This document shows positions 29,529 through 30,767 of a DNA stretch of 30,767 bases, in pieces. Below the pieces are notes generated by a model, which ran no database searches, was not told the origin of the DNA, and saw nothing but the letters and a program-made list of their open reading frames with translations. Each line of letters starts with the position of its first letter. Within the stretch, counting starts at the first letter, position 1. The position numbers were made by a program, and so were the translations under genes. Source of the stretch: Nitrospirota bacterium (GTDB taxonomy: Bacteria; Nitrospirota; Nitrospiria; Nitrospirales; UBA8639); contig JAYWMS010000393.1 of assembly GCA_035873215.1 (NCBI GenBank), positions 1 through 30,767 on the forward strand, given 5' to 3'.

Positions 29529-29557
29529 TTGACACCCTTTCCTCATCTTGTTATATA
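29529..29557 (+). promoter_or_regulatory. Strong candidate sigma70 promoter
   Basis: TTGACA (29529-29534), a 17-nt spacer ending in TGn, and TATATA (29552-29557), followed by an AT-rich region. Confidence 0.65.
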
Positions 29558-29707
29558 AAAAAATGATTACTTTTTTAAAAATTAACAAAAAATTCAGCCT
29601 TTCCAAGCACAAGCATTGGATTGGCGAGACGGCATTAGAGTCAGGAGCCGTCGTGTTTTATTCCCCCCCGCTTTCGTCAACAATTATTCTCAACTAGGAG
29701 GAAAGTT

Positions 29708-30508
29708 ATGCGACATGGTCGGTCTCTTACTTTGTCTGTTTTGCTGGGAGGCATTCTGCTTGCCATCCCCTTGATTGCCCAGGCAGGTGGTACGATTAAA
29801 GGAAAGGTCACGTATTCTGGAAAGGCAATTCCCGCAAAAGAATTTGCTTTTTCTAAATTCCCGAATCCCGCATTTTGCAAGAAAAATCCAAGCCAAAAGG
29901 GTGATGACACCCGGTTGTTGAAAGAGGTTGAAGTTGACGGGAGCAAAGGGTTAAAAAATGCCATTGTGTCTGTCCGAGATATTAAGACCAAAGGATTAAA
30001 GAAATCCTATAAGCCAAAAGTGATGGCGAAATTATGTGAGTTTCTTCCCTTTACTGGGGTTCTCGTTAATAAAGGGAAATTCTATGTGGAGAATACTGAT
30101 TCCGATCCCGATGATCCGAAATCGGCTGAGGGTGTGCTTCATAACCCCCACAGCTTTGATGTATTGGGTGCGAAATCCTCAACGTTGTTTAACATTGGCT
30201 TGGCCAAAAAAGGCGATAACTTAGACAAGAAGATTAAAATGCGCATGGCCAGGAAGGGTTCTGTGCTTCGGTTGCAATGTGACCAGCATGAATTCATGCA
30301 GGCGTGGTTCTTGCCCGTAAAAAATATGCACTTTGCCACGTCTGGCGCCGATGGGAGTTTTGAAATTAAAGATGTTCCCGCTGGCAAACACAAAGTCTTA
30401 GCCTGGCATCCAGTTGCCGGTAACGTGGAAATGAACGTTGAAGTTAAAGACGGTGCGACCGTAGAAGTAACGTTTGATATTAAGAAGAAAAAGAAATTTA
30501 AAGGGTAA
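29708..30508 (+). CDS. Secreted cupredoxin / carboxypeptidase-regulatory-like protein, paralogue 3 (Lys-rich)
   Basis: AGGAGG RBS, signal peptide (AQA), GGTIKGKV, VLHNPH...QCDQHEFM, GSFEIKDVPAG and C-terminal KKKKKFKG. Confidence 0.8.
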   Translation: MRHGRSLTLSVLLGGILLAIPLIAQAGGTIKGKVTYSGKAIPAKEFAFSKFPNPAFCKKNPSQKGDDTRLLKEVEVDGSKGLKNAIVSVRDIKTKGLKKSYKPKVMAKLCEFLPFTGVLVNKGKFYVENTDSDPDDPKSAEGVLHNPHSFDVLGAKSSTLFNIGLAKKGDNLDKKIKMRMARKGSVLRLQCDQHEFMQAWFLPVKNMHFATSGADGSFEIKDVPAGKHKVLAWHPVAGNVEMNVEVKDGATVEVTFDIKKKKKFKG

Positions 30509-30535
30509 GATTTACTCGTGTCCTTTTTTCGGTTC

Positions 30536-30573
30536 AAAAAAGGCAGCAGCGGTTTTCCGTTGCTGCCTTTTTT
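30536..30573 (+). terminator. Intrinsic terminator (possibly bidirectional)
   Basis: A6, an 11-bp stem GGCAGCAGCGG/CCGTTGCTGCC with one G-U pair, a TTTT loop and T6. Confidence 0.9.
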
Positions 30574-30767
30574 ATTTACATGCGTATGCGGGTTGTTTGT
30601 CAGTTCATATTCCCACCTTGCGTTCCCAACTTGACCCTCGTTAAGATCCTTCGTTTATCATGCATGTTTGAGTGAGTCGTAACTTGTAAGGATCGCCTGT
30701 GCCTCGAGAATTGTCGCTTGGTGAGATATTTCAACTTGGCTACTATTGGGAAACCAAAATCCTGCTC

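Noticed and set aside
1-30767. CRISPR array, tRNA/rRNA, transposase or prophage; the many 60-170 aa antisense ORFs in the track
   Set aside because: There are no regularly spaced repeat-spacer units, RNA-gene signatures or recombinase/transposase motifs. The short ORFs are shadows of long, motif-supported genes.

Overview
A 30.8 kb bacterial chromosomal window of roughly 50% GC by eye. Gene content suggests a Nitrospirales/Nitrospirota nitrite oxidiser, which is an inference with no database check. From left to right it contains: (1) a six-gene putative phosphonolipid (2-aminoethylphosphonate) operon with a split TPP decarboxylase, class V aminotransferase, LicC/PntC-like cytidylyltransferase, CDP-alcohol phosphotransferase and flippase-like protein, but no adjacent PEP mutase; (2) a long-chain polyprenyl synthase divergent from gltBD; (3) small genes for a coiled-coil lipoprotein, MBL hydrolase, nitrosocyanin-like cupredoxin, DUF192 protein, Rieske ferredoxin, chagasin-like protein and D-amino acid aminotransferase; (4) the most interesting part, an exported copper-redox locus. 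This locus encodes a 1721-aa six-cupredoxin-domain multicopper oxidase with a LysM domain and a poly-acidic loop inserted into it, three paralogous secreted proteins that each hide an amicyanin-type C-x2-H-x2-M type-1 copper motif, a DUF4412-like protein and an exported HEAT-repeat protein. The intergenic DNA carries three copies of a modular MITE-like element whose core stem shows compensatory base changes, nested REP-like palindromes and an inverted heptamer array. I found no rRNA, tRNA, CRISPR array or transposase.
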